Shown piece after piece: positions 29,201 to 39,893 of a stretch of DNA of 64,000 bases. Source of the DNA: Lingula anatina (taxonomy: Eukaryota > Animalia > Brachiopoda); NCBI GenBank assembly GCA_051362555.1, contig CM120642.1:28582001-28646000 (forward strand), written 5' to 3'. Every line of letters begins with the position of its first letter. Within the stretch, counting starts at the first letter, position 1. Position numbers and translations under genes: made by a program. Below the pieces are notes generated by a model. That model ran no database searches, was not told where the DNA came from, and saw nothing but the letters and a program-made list of their open reading frames with translations.

Positions 29201-30187
29201 ACGGATGGTGTCGTAAGGCGTAGCAGCGTCTCAGGGTTCTCCAGGCGTCTCAGCTCTATCAGCGTCGCATCTGCTTACTCCACCATCAGCACCAATGAGG
29301 TCCCATACCTGTTTGACCTTTCTCTGCAGGCCAGGGTCAAGGTCGCAGATAAACCAATCAGGGCAGTTCTGTGGACAAGGTACATAAACCTTGGTTGATA
29401 CTAACATCTAGAATCCTTGCAGGGTCTAAGAATATTTTAGCTTAAGATGATGCATATGATAAAATTGCTTTAAATCAAAATTTGTTTAAGTTTCTTTTTC
29501 ACTCCAATCCCTCTTGTAATTTCAGATGTAGTGGTGAGCCTGTCATTGTCAGCTGTGCTGGTTGCTATGGTGATGATGAATCTGTCCTCAAATGGACCAA
29601 AGAAGAGGGTGAGGTGAGTCGGCATGTATTTGGAGTTGATATCCTGTTAACTCTGGAAGCACTTGGTCAGCTTGTACTGAGTATATGGTAAATGCCATGG
29701 CTGATTTAATCTCCCATTGCTGATAAAAACAAGTGGAATTTTGACTTAATATCATCCACACACTAATAACTTTCTATACCAGTGCCCTCTTTCCAAATAT
29801 GGGAGAAAATATTTTGTCCTTGATTTTTGATTGGATTATATTTTGTTTCTTTTGAATATATTTTTTCAATTTAAAAAAAGCGTTATTGAAAATTTTTACC
29901 ATTTAGTTCTGTGTCCATGTTAGTGCTTCGTAAACAAATTCATTATTCGTCATATTTACCTGTATTTCCAGAAAATGTGGACCAATGAACCCTTCATGGA
30001 GATCTGCCCCATTACTTCCTCCCCGAAACGCCCCGTGTACATGTTCAACAAACCTTTCTCGCCAAAGAACAGCATAAGGAGCGAGAGTGACTTGTCGTCC
30101 TATGAGGTCATCCAGCTGGGAAGTAGCCCAGAGAAACATGTCAGCTTTCACCCACAAGAGAAATCGGCAGATCACCAGTTTTATTAA
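44..30187 (+). CDS. TBC1D2B: TBC1D2/TBC1D2B-like Rab GTPase-activating protein with C-terminal beta-propeller extension; multi-exon, 5' end outside window
   Basis: GT/AG exons, phase-checked for most junctions: 44-203, 1064-1250, 1711-1779, 2028-2156, 2676-2807, 3065-3197, 3615-3685, 4697-4886, 5276-5428, 5821-5910, 6202-6326, 6676-6886, 21003-21182, 21612-21749, 22154-22223, 23854-23945, 24122-24219, 24465-24585, 24773-24909, 25358-25550, 25922-26124, 26507-~26627, 26896-28875, 29178-29379, 29526-29613, 29972-30187 (stop). Motifs: LQNQNRFLNEEV and HIDSYGF (TBC1D2-type pre-TBC), ELKTLCRAGIPPQHRAEVW, RQISLDLMRT (arginine finger), GYCQGMNF (glutamine finger), LLRIWDCFLLEGPKVLFRFALAIL. Confidence 0.88.
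4020..4675. repeat. Degenerate intronic minisatellite (~45-bp AACACAATGTTATC..CACAGCTAACTCTGGGATTGTATCTC-like units)
   Basis: Recurring aacaca(a/g)tgtta and ctctg(g/t)gattgta words through the intron; the unit is diverged and its boundaries are approximate. Confidence 0.5.
7818..16797 (-). CDS. Secreted coiled-coil + fibrinogen C-terminal domain protein (scabrous/angiopoietin-like), ~800 aa, nested in a TBC gene intron
   Basis: Three coding exons with matching phases. 16797-16556: MKPSAPFQVHFFYVLLLFFVKLCSG signal peptide, donor AG|gtaag. 10193-8668: long heptad coiled coil, donor G|gtaagt. 8452-7818: DCQE...VFCEMDKNGGWTFIQRRLDGSVEF...GEFWIGNENLH...GWWYKHCHYSNLNG fibrinogen domain. Total 2403 nt = 800 codons + stop. 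Confidence 0.9.
11117..11238. repeat. 122-bp AT-rich near-perfect palindrome
   Basis: TAAAAGTATAAACCCAAGTT + A-run + (AT)n + T-run + AACTTGGGTTTATACTTTTA; the outer 20-bp arms are exact reverse complements. Confidence 0.9.
15729..15896. mobile_element. MITE with 15-bp terminal inverted repeats
   Basis: CAGGCCCGTAGCCAG ... CTGGCTACGGGCCTG, flanked on both sides by AAAAT (possible 5-bp TSD). A decayed inverted relative lies at ~60335-60450. Confidence 0.8.
17480..17645 (-). promoter_or_regulatory. Candidate core promoter of the nested fibrinogen-domain gene
   Basis: Minus-strand TATAAA at ~17519-17524 with CCAAT at ~17633-17637. A donor (CAG|gtaatt, ~17280) and an acceptor (ttttcag, ~16965) suggest a non-coding first exon. 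Inference only. Confidence 0.3.
18325..18538. mobile_element. ~200-bp MITE (PIF/Harbinger-like), copy 1 of 3
   Basis: Reverse complement of the elements at 60871-61084 and 61782-61981 (shared GACCTAACTCCCTGGGGGTTCACGCTAAAT...GACAGTAATCTAGTGAGAC core); subterminal TAGATCGATCTA inverted repeats. Confidence 0.75.
22268..22471. mobile_element. Decayed MITE with GGCCGCATTCACAA-type inverted ends
   Basis: ggccgcattcacaaccaaagttg ... caacttctgaatgcgcgt imperfect TIRs, similar in style to the 61124-61322 element. Confidence 0.45.
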
Positions 30188-30639
30188 ATTATTTCTCAGT
30201 CAACCACTGGATAATTTCATCTTTTGTAAATTACCCAGGCATTTTGTCAATTGTCAATCAAGAAACAATCATTGTTATTAAAAAAAGTATTGCCAATATA
30301 TATATATATTGGATCGCCTTCCCTTGGAGCCAAAATCTAGTCCTTCAAACCCAAAATGATTTCAAATTTGATTGCATTTTTGATTTTATACCTTATAACT
30401 TTGTTGAGGATATAATGTACCTTCATGTCAACTAACATGTTAGAATATGAATTGAGGTTGTGGTTGACACTGTTATTAAGATTTAGTGTTTGAAGTTATT
30501 AAAAATTTTAATTAGGTATTAATATTTGGATTCATCAGTACATCATGTGCACTGACTTGTAACATATATGTGTACTTATGTAGTATGCTTACATAATGCC
30601 TATGATTATAATATTTCTTAAATGTCGACTTGTTTAATG

Positions 30640-32036
30640 AACATGTATATGTATATATATATATATGTCTACACATCAAATATTTCATGATGGTTACTTA
30701 CAATTGGATCTTTTTCATTAATTTTTTTTAATTTAGATACATGAAAATGGACCATGTGATTTTTGTAATGCCCTCTTTTACATTATCTTTGCAAAATCAA
30801 CAACTATTATCTTTCTGGACATCAGTTTAAAAAGAAGTTGTTGAGTGAATCATAGTTAAAGAGGGTGTAATTAATACAGTCATATAACTCTTAATGGAGG
30901 AACCAGATCATACAGGCTTTTATAGTACTTAAACAGAGTGATTTATTTTTATGAGCGTGCATATGAACAGAGTGTTAAATGACATGGACCAATCCAGAAG
31001 ATAAAGCTTGATTTATTTTCATATGTCTGCTGCTTGCGCATTGGAATGCATCTTGTTTTATGCAGACACAAATCCCAAACAGGCACATGCAGAATTAAAC
31101 GTGTAAAATTTGCAGTCCCAAGTGAGAAGAAATCTCCAACATATGGATGGAGGGATTACATGGTGTGAAAACTACATGTCAAAGAAAGCTTAACAGAAAA
31201 TAACTCAAGATTTTGTGCTTCAAAATTGGTGAGAAATTGATGGTAAAGAATAAAGCATGCTTCTTATCATGGCTTACATAGAGCATTAATAATTAATTTT
31301 TTGTTATCTTATTAAAAGAGCAATATATTATTCTGTGATAATATAATCAGAAATATGATTGTTTCATATTCAGAATTGTGCTTAAGTATATTTTGCTTAC
31401 ATGTTTGTTGATATATACATATATATATATATATATATACACATTGCTGATGTTTTTGTTGTTGTATACATTTAATGTTTTTGCCTTAAAAATAATTAAC
31501 ATTTCGTGTACATAAATTTTTTGTCAGCGGTGATGGTGGGTTTTACTGAAAAGTTGTTTGTTAAATATTGCCTAAAAAGTCAACAAAGAAACGGTGCTGA
31601 TAGTTGCAACATTCATTGTTATATATTTGTTTTTAAATTGTTAAAATTAAGTGAATCAGGTGGCTCAGTTCATTGCCAGAAATCAGAAAAACTATTCAGA
31701 GTGCAACAATGGAACAAAATGTTACTTAAAAGTTATATTTTTTATAGAAGTGTCAGTTTTGAGATATGGAAATAAAACACGACAAATTACAACCTTTGAA
31801 ACTTATAGATTTTTGTGTACTACGTACTTCTTTTTATGTTACAAATCTACTGGCGGATAGTTTTAAAATCAAATCATAAACAATGGAAAAAGACAAACGG
31901 GATTGTTTATCTAAAACTAAATCTTTATGAAAGAAGAAATATTAACTTATTATGCTAAAGATGTTCTACTTTATGGAAAGATACTTTATGGAAAGATAGA
32001 GGTCAAGTCGTTTGTCATCTGTTAGTTGGTAAATAC
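30640..32036 (+). repeat. Copy 1 (uninterrupted) of a ~1.4-kb tandem duplication downstream of the TBC stop codon
   Basis: 30640-31300 matches 32037-32696; 31301-32029 matches 38397-38437 plus 48264-48960, with scattered substitutions and small indels. Confidence 0.92.
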
Positions 32037-33559
32037 AACATGTATATGTATATATATATATATGTCTACACATCAAATATTTCTTGATGGTTACTTACAA
32101 TTGGATCTTTTTCATTAATTTTTTTAATTTAGATACATGAAAATGGACCATGTGATTTTTGTAATGCCCTCTTTTACATAATCTTTGCAAAATCAACAGC
32201 TATTATCTCTCTGAACATCAGTTTAATAAGGAGTTGTTGAGTGAATCATAGTTAAAGAGGGTGTAATTAATACAGTCATATAACTCTTAATTGAGGAACC
32301 AGGTCATACAGGATTTTTATAGTACTTAAACAGAATGATTTATTTTTATAAACGTGCATATGAACAGAGTGTTAAATGACATGGACCAACCCAGAAGATA
32401 AAGCTTGATTTATTTTCATGTCTGCTGCTTGCGCATTGGAATGCATCTTGTTTTATACAGACACAAATCCCAAACAGGCACATGCAGAATTAAACGTGTA
32501 AAATTTGCAGTCCCAAGTGAGAAGAATTCTCCAACATATGGATGGAGGGATTACGTGGTGTAAAAACTACATGTCAAAGAAAGCTTAACAGAAAATAACT
32601 CAAGATTTTGTGCTTCAAAATTGGTGAGAAATTGATGGTAAAGAATAAAGCATGCTTCTTATCATGGCTTACATAGAGCATTAATAATTAATTTTTATGT
32701 ACAGACACAGATGTGTCTGTACATATAGCCGTCACCTGCATCTGTCGCCATCGTAGCCATCGCCGTGCACTCAGCGATAACACGATAAGTGGAATACCGT
32801 TTTACATTTTGTATTCCAATTTACAGAACTGATGAATATTCATAATTTTTAGGGAAGTTATGCTGTTTTTTCACTTTTTTTAGCATTATTATAACACCGA
32901 TAACACGATAAGTGAAAAACCTTTTTACTTTTTGGCTTGAAACTTATAAAACTGATGAATATTCATAATATGCAGGTCAAGTTCGAAAATCAGAGCTATC
33001 GGGTCAATTTTATGGAAGTTCTGCTGTTTTTTCACTTTTTTCAGCATATATGCAACACCGATAACACAATAAGTGAAAAACCGTTTTACCTTTTGGCTTG
33101 AAACTTACAGAATTGATGAATATTTTTAATACGCAGGTCAAGTTCGAAGATCAGCATGATCGGGCCATTTTAAGGGAAGTTATGCTGTTTTTTCACTTTT
33201 TTCAGCATATATGCAGCACTGATAACACAATATAAGAAAAACAGATGGGCAAATTGTCATTATACTCACAGGAGTGGTCAATCTTACTAAAACGTAGGAT
33301 GAGTTGGAAAATCAGCATAATCGGGCCATTATTTTAGAAGTTATGCTGTTTTTCACATTTCCTCAGATTCAATTCTTAGGCATGTTAACAGTCTCATTAT
33401 TGAACTAATAAGATATGTAAAAGTGTTTGTTTGACATTTCCTGCATCTTTATAACATTGTAAGTTGATTATGTAAAAATGATGGTAAACTTGTTATTGTG
33501 TATTATTCAAATTACTGTTTTTCTTTTTATCAAGAGCTTGTAAAATATGTGGGTATTAC

Positions 33560-33600
33560 CTCCAATATTTCTGTGACTGTCAGTCACCATCATCAGGGAG
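33560..33600 (-). ncRNA. Minimal type I hammerhead ribozyme (Penelope-associated)
   Basis: Minus strand CTCC-CTGATGA-TGGTGACTGACAGTCACA-GAAA-TA-TT-GGAG: stem I CTCC/GGAG, CUGAUGA and GAAA core boxes, stem II GTGAC/GTCAC, palindromic vestigial stem III. It lies 55 nt 3' of a Penelope ORF stop. Confidence 0.65.
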
Positions 33601-33654
33601 TAAATGACTTGGGTCATTTCACCTGGAATGAAAATCCAGGTCAATTGCCCCTAA

Positions 33655-34236
33655 TCACTGGCCTTGTGTTGTAACTGTTCCTTGCTCCCCCCGGGGCTCC
33701 TCTGCATCCCTCTGGAGCACCGTGAGGTAGATAGCTGGTAAATCATACCCCCCCTGTCTGTTCAGGTCTGGTTGTTTGGTCCTGATGTGTACAGCTTCTG
33801 CTATTTTTCTTTGGAATGTCCAGTTTTCCCTGTCTATCACTTTCAGGCTGTCAAAGTCTATGTGGTGACCTGGATGTTTGCAGGTATGTTCTCCAAGGGC
33901 TGATTTCCAGTTGTTTTTGGCCACTGAGTCTTTGTGTTCTTTCATTCTTGTGGCTAATGGTCTTCCTGTCTCGCCAATGTATTCTCCATGGCAGGTTCCA
34001 CATTTGACTGAATATATACACCACATTGCTCTCCTTGGGTTAGAGGATCCTTGGGCTTCACTAGTGCTTGTCTCAGCGTCCAACCTGGCTTATGGTGGAG
34101 TTTGATGTTATATTTTTTATAAACCCGGCTTAGTTTTTCTGACAGACCTTGGCAGTATGGTAACACTATACTTTGCTTTGCACCCTCAATGAGGCCCATT
34201 GCATCCTTTTCTTTGTCATGTCTGTTCTTGCCTCTT
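33655..34236 (-). mobile_element. Penelope-like retroelement 3' fragment (linker + GIY-YIG endonuclease), frameshifted
   Basis: IVLPYCQGLSEKLSRVYKKYNIKLHHKP...KDP...GV, then a frameshift (~34015) to IYSVKCGTCHGEYIGETGRPLATRMKEH...SALGEH...RKIAEAVHI...LNRQGG. Confidence 0.9.
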
Positions 34237-34794
34237 TTTATGACTGTCAAACTTTCAAAAAAGAAAGACAGGACTAAAATGCAGCCTGAGTTGGAAAAGC
34301 AGTCTAATTGGCTTCTTTTTCTGGAAGTTATACATTTTCAAAGTGTGAACTTGTTACACATTTTACTTACATTGGTATTACCTGTTGAGCATAATTAAAT
34401 TTGATGTTGAATTTGCAGTTTAACATAATGTACTTTTGCATCAGAATTGACAGTAGCCTATTTTGTGCATAGTTATTTCCTGTTTTTTGTCTGTACGTTT
34501 GACAGCTTTGCTGCCTTGTTCAAATATTGAGACTTTCATCATGTGAATTTGAACTCTCATGGTCCTGAAACTGTAACTGAATCTTATTGAAGGGGTGGGT
34601 TGAGACCATCTTCTGGGTCTTCCGGAAGACGGTCAGGTTATTAAGTTTATATTGACTGTTATCTATTTTTTTCTGTTGGAAGACCATAAAAATGGGAGAT
34701 GGATCAACATAGATACTTTGGAATACTGTCAGAAAATATCTCTGGGTCGACTCCTGTTATTGACCATGTTACCTGTTGTGCATGATTAAAATTC

Positions 34795-34916
34795 AGTGTT
34801 GACTGACAGTGCTATTATAAGCATTATTTATTATTGCATCAAAATTGACAAAATGACCTATTTTGCATCTTTATTTTCTGTTTTTTGTCTGTACATTTGA
34901 CAGCTTTGCTGCCCTA
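34795..34916 (+). mobile_element. Orphan 3' end of the same HINE family
   Basis: TTTTTTGTCTGTACATTTGACAGCTTTGCTGCC preceded by ~90 bp similar to 34400-34490. Confidence 0.6.
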
Positions 34917-36609
34917 TTTTAAATAAATGATTTCCTTCTAAATGACTACCCTATCACTTGTGACTCCCATATTTACATGAACATTCCAAAAGGAAATATC
35001 CACACTAGGTTCTTTTATTTTAGTGATTTTAGTTGTTTTTGGAAAAAAAGTAGCTTTGCAGGATGTGCTGACAGGAAATATGACTTTGGGACATTTTCAA
35101 ATACAGTTTTTAAGTAAAAGTTTTATCCCATTTCCCCTACTGATTGATGGGACCCATGGAAGGGAGGAACCACAGGGATGCTGCAGCAATGTTAACACAC
35201 TGATTGCATGATGGAAGACCACGTGTGTCACCACCCTGGAACAGAGGGTTCTCTCATGATGCTGAACCATCTCATTGTCTGTGCGAACTAATTTTAGTGC
35301 CGCTGCACACAGACCCAGTGTGTGCGGCTCACTCCTGATGGATGTTTTTCACTTTCTAATTCAGTAACTAACTGCTGACATGGGAAGCATGGTTGAAGGA
35401 TGATTACGAACATCATATGTAGGCAGTACTTTCTAGTTGCCAGCTCTGCCAGATATTAGAAACACATAGTAGATGTAACAACTGATGAACTTTTCTGTGT
35501 GTTACATGCATTTTGACTTAAAGGATGTTATCAAAGGTTGCACTACCACTGTGTTACTTCCAGAAACGGATACATTGTGAAGGTTCAACTGAAGAGCATT
35601 TGACCTTTACGCTTACTTAAAGTGGAAGTAGCAACTTTCTAATGCAATGGAATATTTATGGATTTTGCTCATATCAGGGCAACCCTTTGAAGACTAATTT
35701 TAGTTCATAGAGAAGATAATTAATATTATATTACCTTGGATTTTCAACATATAGCTAAAGACTGAGGTAAAGAGGGATAGAACTGGATGTAAAGTTAAAT
35801 ACAGGTATGGTGAATAGCAGGAAAGTTCATATTGCTTCATGAAAAAGCTGTAGGATTTATTTATTTATTTATTTTAACATAAAAGTTTTCTTTGGAAAAT
35901 TGTTTTATCTGATTTGCTTAAATGTTGACAAAAGTATTAAGAATAGCTGGATACAATGAAAATGAACAAATAATTGGAATTTAATCAATACATAATTATT
36001 TTTATTGGGCAGTTTTAAAAGTGTTTTTGACCTGGACCTAAATAGGCCTAAATATACTATGCTATAAAAACCACACCTTTGAATTACTTTATCACAGGTG
36101 TTTACATAGCGATGTGGTAGGAAAAAAGTGTGTGAATGGTTAGAACCCTGGCTTGAGCTAACAGCATTTTTATTGTAAATGAATTTTAATATTACTGTTG
36201 TTGGTGTGTATCCTGAAGATCCAATGATGGCAATGGAAATCATCCTTGCTATACCAAAGTGTTGGACTTAGTATAAATTCTAGAGAGATTTAGTAAGATT
36301 TGTAGGATACAGGAGTCGTAAATAATTTCAGACTAGCAAGCATGGAATGGGATTGAAGAAAAGCTGACAAATATCTGTGGACATTGTATTCTGGCTGTTT
36401 TCTCTAAAGTTCTGTGGAATAAGTCTGTTGCACAACAGTGCGCATTCACTGTTGTGCCTGTTGCTTTCTAAGACAACATACCTAGTGCATAGGTAATCTT
36501 TGCTATAAGATTAGTCCCATCTCATGTTGGTCCTTGCACTTTTTCTAGTCTTATGTGACATCTACTGTGACATCATCGTCATTTAAGGCTTATATGTAAG
36601 ATAATTTTT

Positions 36610-38396
36610 ATGTACAGATACAGATGTGTCTGTACATATTGCCATCACCTGCGTCTGTCGTCGCCGATGCCGATGCCGGCGCCATGCACTTTCCTTGTAA
36701 ACACGATAAGTGGAGGGCAGTTTTACTTTTTGGCTTTATATTTACAGAGCTGATGAATATTCATAAAACGCAGGTCAAGTTTGAAAATCAGCATGATCGG
36801 GCCATTATTGTAGAAGTTATGCTGTTTTTTTCACTTTTCAGCATATATGCAACCCTGTAAACACATTTTAAGGAAAACCATTAGGCCTGTTGTCATGAAA
36901 CTCACAGGAGTAATCAATCTTACTAAAACGCAGGTCAAGTTCGAAAATCGGCATGATTGGGCCACTATTTTAGTAGTTATGCTGTTTTTTCAATTATCAG
37001 CATATATGCAACACTGTAAACACAATAGAAGAAAAACAGATGGGCCAATTGTCATTAAAACTCACAGGAGTGGTCAATCTTACTAAAACGCAGGTTGAGT
37101 TCGAAAATCAGCATAATCGGGGCATTATTTTAGAAGTTATGCTGTTTTTTCACATTTTCTCAAATTCAACTCTTAGGCATATTAACAGTCTCATTATTGA
37201 ACTAATAAGATACGTAAAAGTGTTTGTTTGACATTTCCTGCATCTTTACAACATTGTTAGTTGATTATGGAAAAATGATGGTAAACTTGTTATCGTGTAT
37301 TGTGTAATAAAGTTTTAAAAATTTAAATAAACTCATATCATTGCAGTTTGTCAGATTCAATCATTCACTATGTTCAGAATCTCAGAATGGAAGAAATTGG
37401 ACATTTAACACTGTTCTATTGATATTTTTCCCATCTCATCAATTTTCTTAGTTGATCATATAAAAATTGCAGTAAACTGTTAATTTTGTTTTATGTTTAA
37501 AAAATTGTTAAAAATGGAGAAAAAAAACATTTCAGAACAGTGCTGTCTTGTTTAAATTTTGGCATTTTCAAGTTGTGACATTGAAGTTCCATGGGCCTGA
37601 AGACCTTTGCTAGTCACATTTTCTGAATATCCATAATACTTATATTTTATTATGAAAATTGATGGTCATTATGCTGTTAAACATTATGTAATATTGCATC
37701 AAAATTTGAAAAAAACCTATTTTGGGCACTGCTCCCATGATGACCATTTAAGAAAAACCATGTCACTTACTGTTCTCAAACTTACAGGAAAGAAACATGG
37801 GACTAAAATACAGCTTCAGTAGGCAATGCAGTCTGTTTGGTAATTCTTAATGCCAGTTAAACAGTTTTTTTTTTTTGTGAAAATTTAATTTTTCACATAT
37901 TGGCATTTTCAAGGTGTGACTTTGAAGTTCCATGGGCTTGAAGACCCATGCTAGTCACATTTTCTGAAAATCCATGATATGTATATTTTATTATTAAAAA
38001 TTGACGGTCCTTATGCTGTTAACCATTATGTAATATGGCATCAGAATAGAAGAAAACACAATTTTGGGTGCTGCTGCCATGATGACCATTATGGGAAAAC
38101 CATGTTACTTATGATTGCCAAACTTTCAAAAAAGAAATACAGGACAGTCTAAAATGCAGCCTGAGTTGGAAAAGCAGTCTAATTGGCTTCTTTTTCTGGA
38201 AGTTATACATTTTCAAAGTGTGAACTTGTTACACATTTTACTTACATTGGTATTACCTGTTGAGTATATTTAAAATTTGATGTTGAATTTGCAGTTTAAC
38301 ATAATGTACTTTTGCATCAGAATTGACAGTAGCCTATTTTGTGCATAGTTATTTCCTGTTTTTTGTCTGTACATTTGACAGCTTTGCTGCCTTGTT
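36610..38396 (+). mobile_element. Non-autonomous Helentron/Helitron2-type element (HINE), copy B, apparently complete
   Basis: Same 5' hairpin (ATGTACAGATACAGATGTGTCTGTACAT), ~159-bp core repeats, a second ~341-bp internal repeat (37559/37900), and 3' GTCTGTACATTT-GACAGCTTTGCTGCC-TTGTT. Confidence 0.8.
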
Positions 38397-38437
38397 TGTT
38401 ATCTTATTAAAAGAGCAATATATTATTCTGTGATAAT

Positions 38438-38869
38438 AGTATCAGAGTTGAACTTCAGTATCAGTGGAAGAATGAGGGATCAGCAATAACCAACAACAAG
38501 ATTTTCTGTTGCCACTGACTTTATTCTATCTCTCTCCCTGTCCCTCTGTCCCTCTGTGAGGATGCAGGGGATTATATACACAAATATCAAAGACATTCCT
38601 ATGATCAAAGAGATACATTTAAGATAACTGTAAGGGCGACAACATGTCCCTTCAACTTGTGCCCAGCCAGTGTTACGGACCTGTATTTCAAGTTAAATGC
38701 TAAATATTTGTCATGGCAGGTCATTTCTGACCCTGCCCTGTAATTATCAAAATGATGCTGGAGATGTGTGTGGTAGGTCATCTCTGACTCTGTGTGCCAC
38801 GGCAGGTCATTTCTGACCCTGCCCTGTAATTACCAAAATTCACCAAAAATCACTAAATTTAACATGAAA
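38438..38869 (-). repeat. 3' LTR
   Basis: No differences from 47832-48263 seen by eye. Minus-strand TATA-like box at 38572-38578 and AATAAA at 38520-38525. Confidence 0.95.
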
Positions 38870-38871
38870 CA

Positions 38872-38883
38872 TCTTCCTGGCCC
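38872..38883 (-). promoter_or_regulatory. Polypurine tract candidate
   Basis: GGGCCAGGAAGA on the minus strand, immediately before TGTTTCATG at the start of the 3' LTR. Confidence 0.55.
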
Positions 38884-39287
38884 AATAAAATTTGTGCCTC
38901 AAATTTTGTTCACAATGTAATGACAAACAGAAATATTGTCTTATAATAGGACTACCATAATCGTAAGATAAACATGAGTGCAAGCTATTATGCTGGCAAT
39001 TATTATAGCCATAAGCAACAAAGTTTAACATTAGCATGCCTTTTCATAGTAATAATGATAATAATGCTGAAGTCTCCCTATAATAGTCTATGTCTACAAA
39101 TAATTAATGCTATTGAGCATAAAAAGATATTCTTTTAACTACCAGTAAATATGGTACATCTCTTAATTCACTGTAACAATCAAATTTGATTGCCTTAACA
39201 TTACACAGACAGATACAGTATATAATATATAATCCTGTGTTTACACATTTAAGAGATACATGTGTAGCATTGCTTGACAACCTAAAG

Positions 39288-39788
39288 TTATCATTATCCA
39301 TTACATTATCAATACCCTCCACCATCAAATCAACAATTGTTTTGTTTCATATTTGTCAATTAATTATTATAACTTTTTCTATGTGGTTACATAATTTCCA
39401 GAATCAATTCTGATTTTCTCATTAATATCATATTGAAAGTCATTATTTTATTATATCATGATGGAACATTAATATAATTCATGTATACTGTCAGTACACT
39501 CAAATATACATCTTAGAGTTACATGTACATGTATAGTTATATTTCACATCATAAATGTTATCATAATCCATTATATTATCAATACCCTCCACCATCAAAT
39601 CAAAGATTTTTGCTAAATATTGGTCATTGCTACATCAATTAATTATCATAACTTTTTCAATGTGGTTACATAATTTCGATAATCAATACTGATCGTCTCA
39701 TTAATATCAAATTAAAAATTATTTTCTTATATTATGATAGCTCATTAATATAATTCATGTATACTGTCAGTACACGCTCAAGTATACA
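39288..39788. repeat. Diverged ~230-bp direct repeat (2 copies, ~270-bp period) in the element's 3' UTR
   Basis: ATTATCAATACCCTCCACCATCAAATCAA...ATGTGGTTACATAATTTC...CATTAATATAATTCATGTATACTGTCAGTACAC occurs at 39288-39510 and 39558-39788. Confidence 0.85.
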
Positions 39789-39893
39789 ACACAAATCACT
39801 GTGGATCACACATAATCACACTCACACTCCGTAGAAGTGGACTGTTCATTAAATTGTTTTACCCTTTATAGCGTAATAAGGTCAAATTGGTAT

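Larger units (their letters stand above)
32697..34520 (+). mobile_element. Non-autonomous Helentron/Helitron2-type element (HINE/DINE-1-like), copy A
   Basis: Starts after a T-run with the hairpin ATGTACAGACACAGATGTGTCTGTACAT, then a short GTC/GCC simple repeat and ~161-bp tandem core repeats (32776, 32899, 33060, 33221). Ends GTCTGTACGTTT-GACAGCTTTGCTGCC-TTGTT (subTIR + stem-loop + TT). No TSD. Confidence 0.75.

Noticed and set aside
32776-33360. Regular ~160-bp repeats as a CRISPR-like or satellite array
   Set aside because: The units are contiguous diverged tandem copies with no unique spacers, and they are the internal core repeats of a HINE element; the context is eukaryotic with no cas genes.
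35905-36243. 112-aa minus-strand ORF in the HINE cargo
   Set aside because: No recognisable domain or splice context; composition is typical of a random AT-rich ORF.
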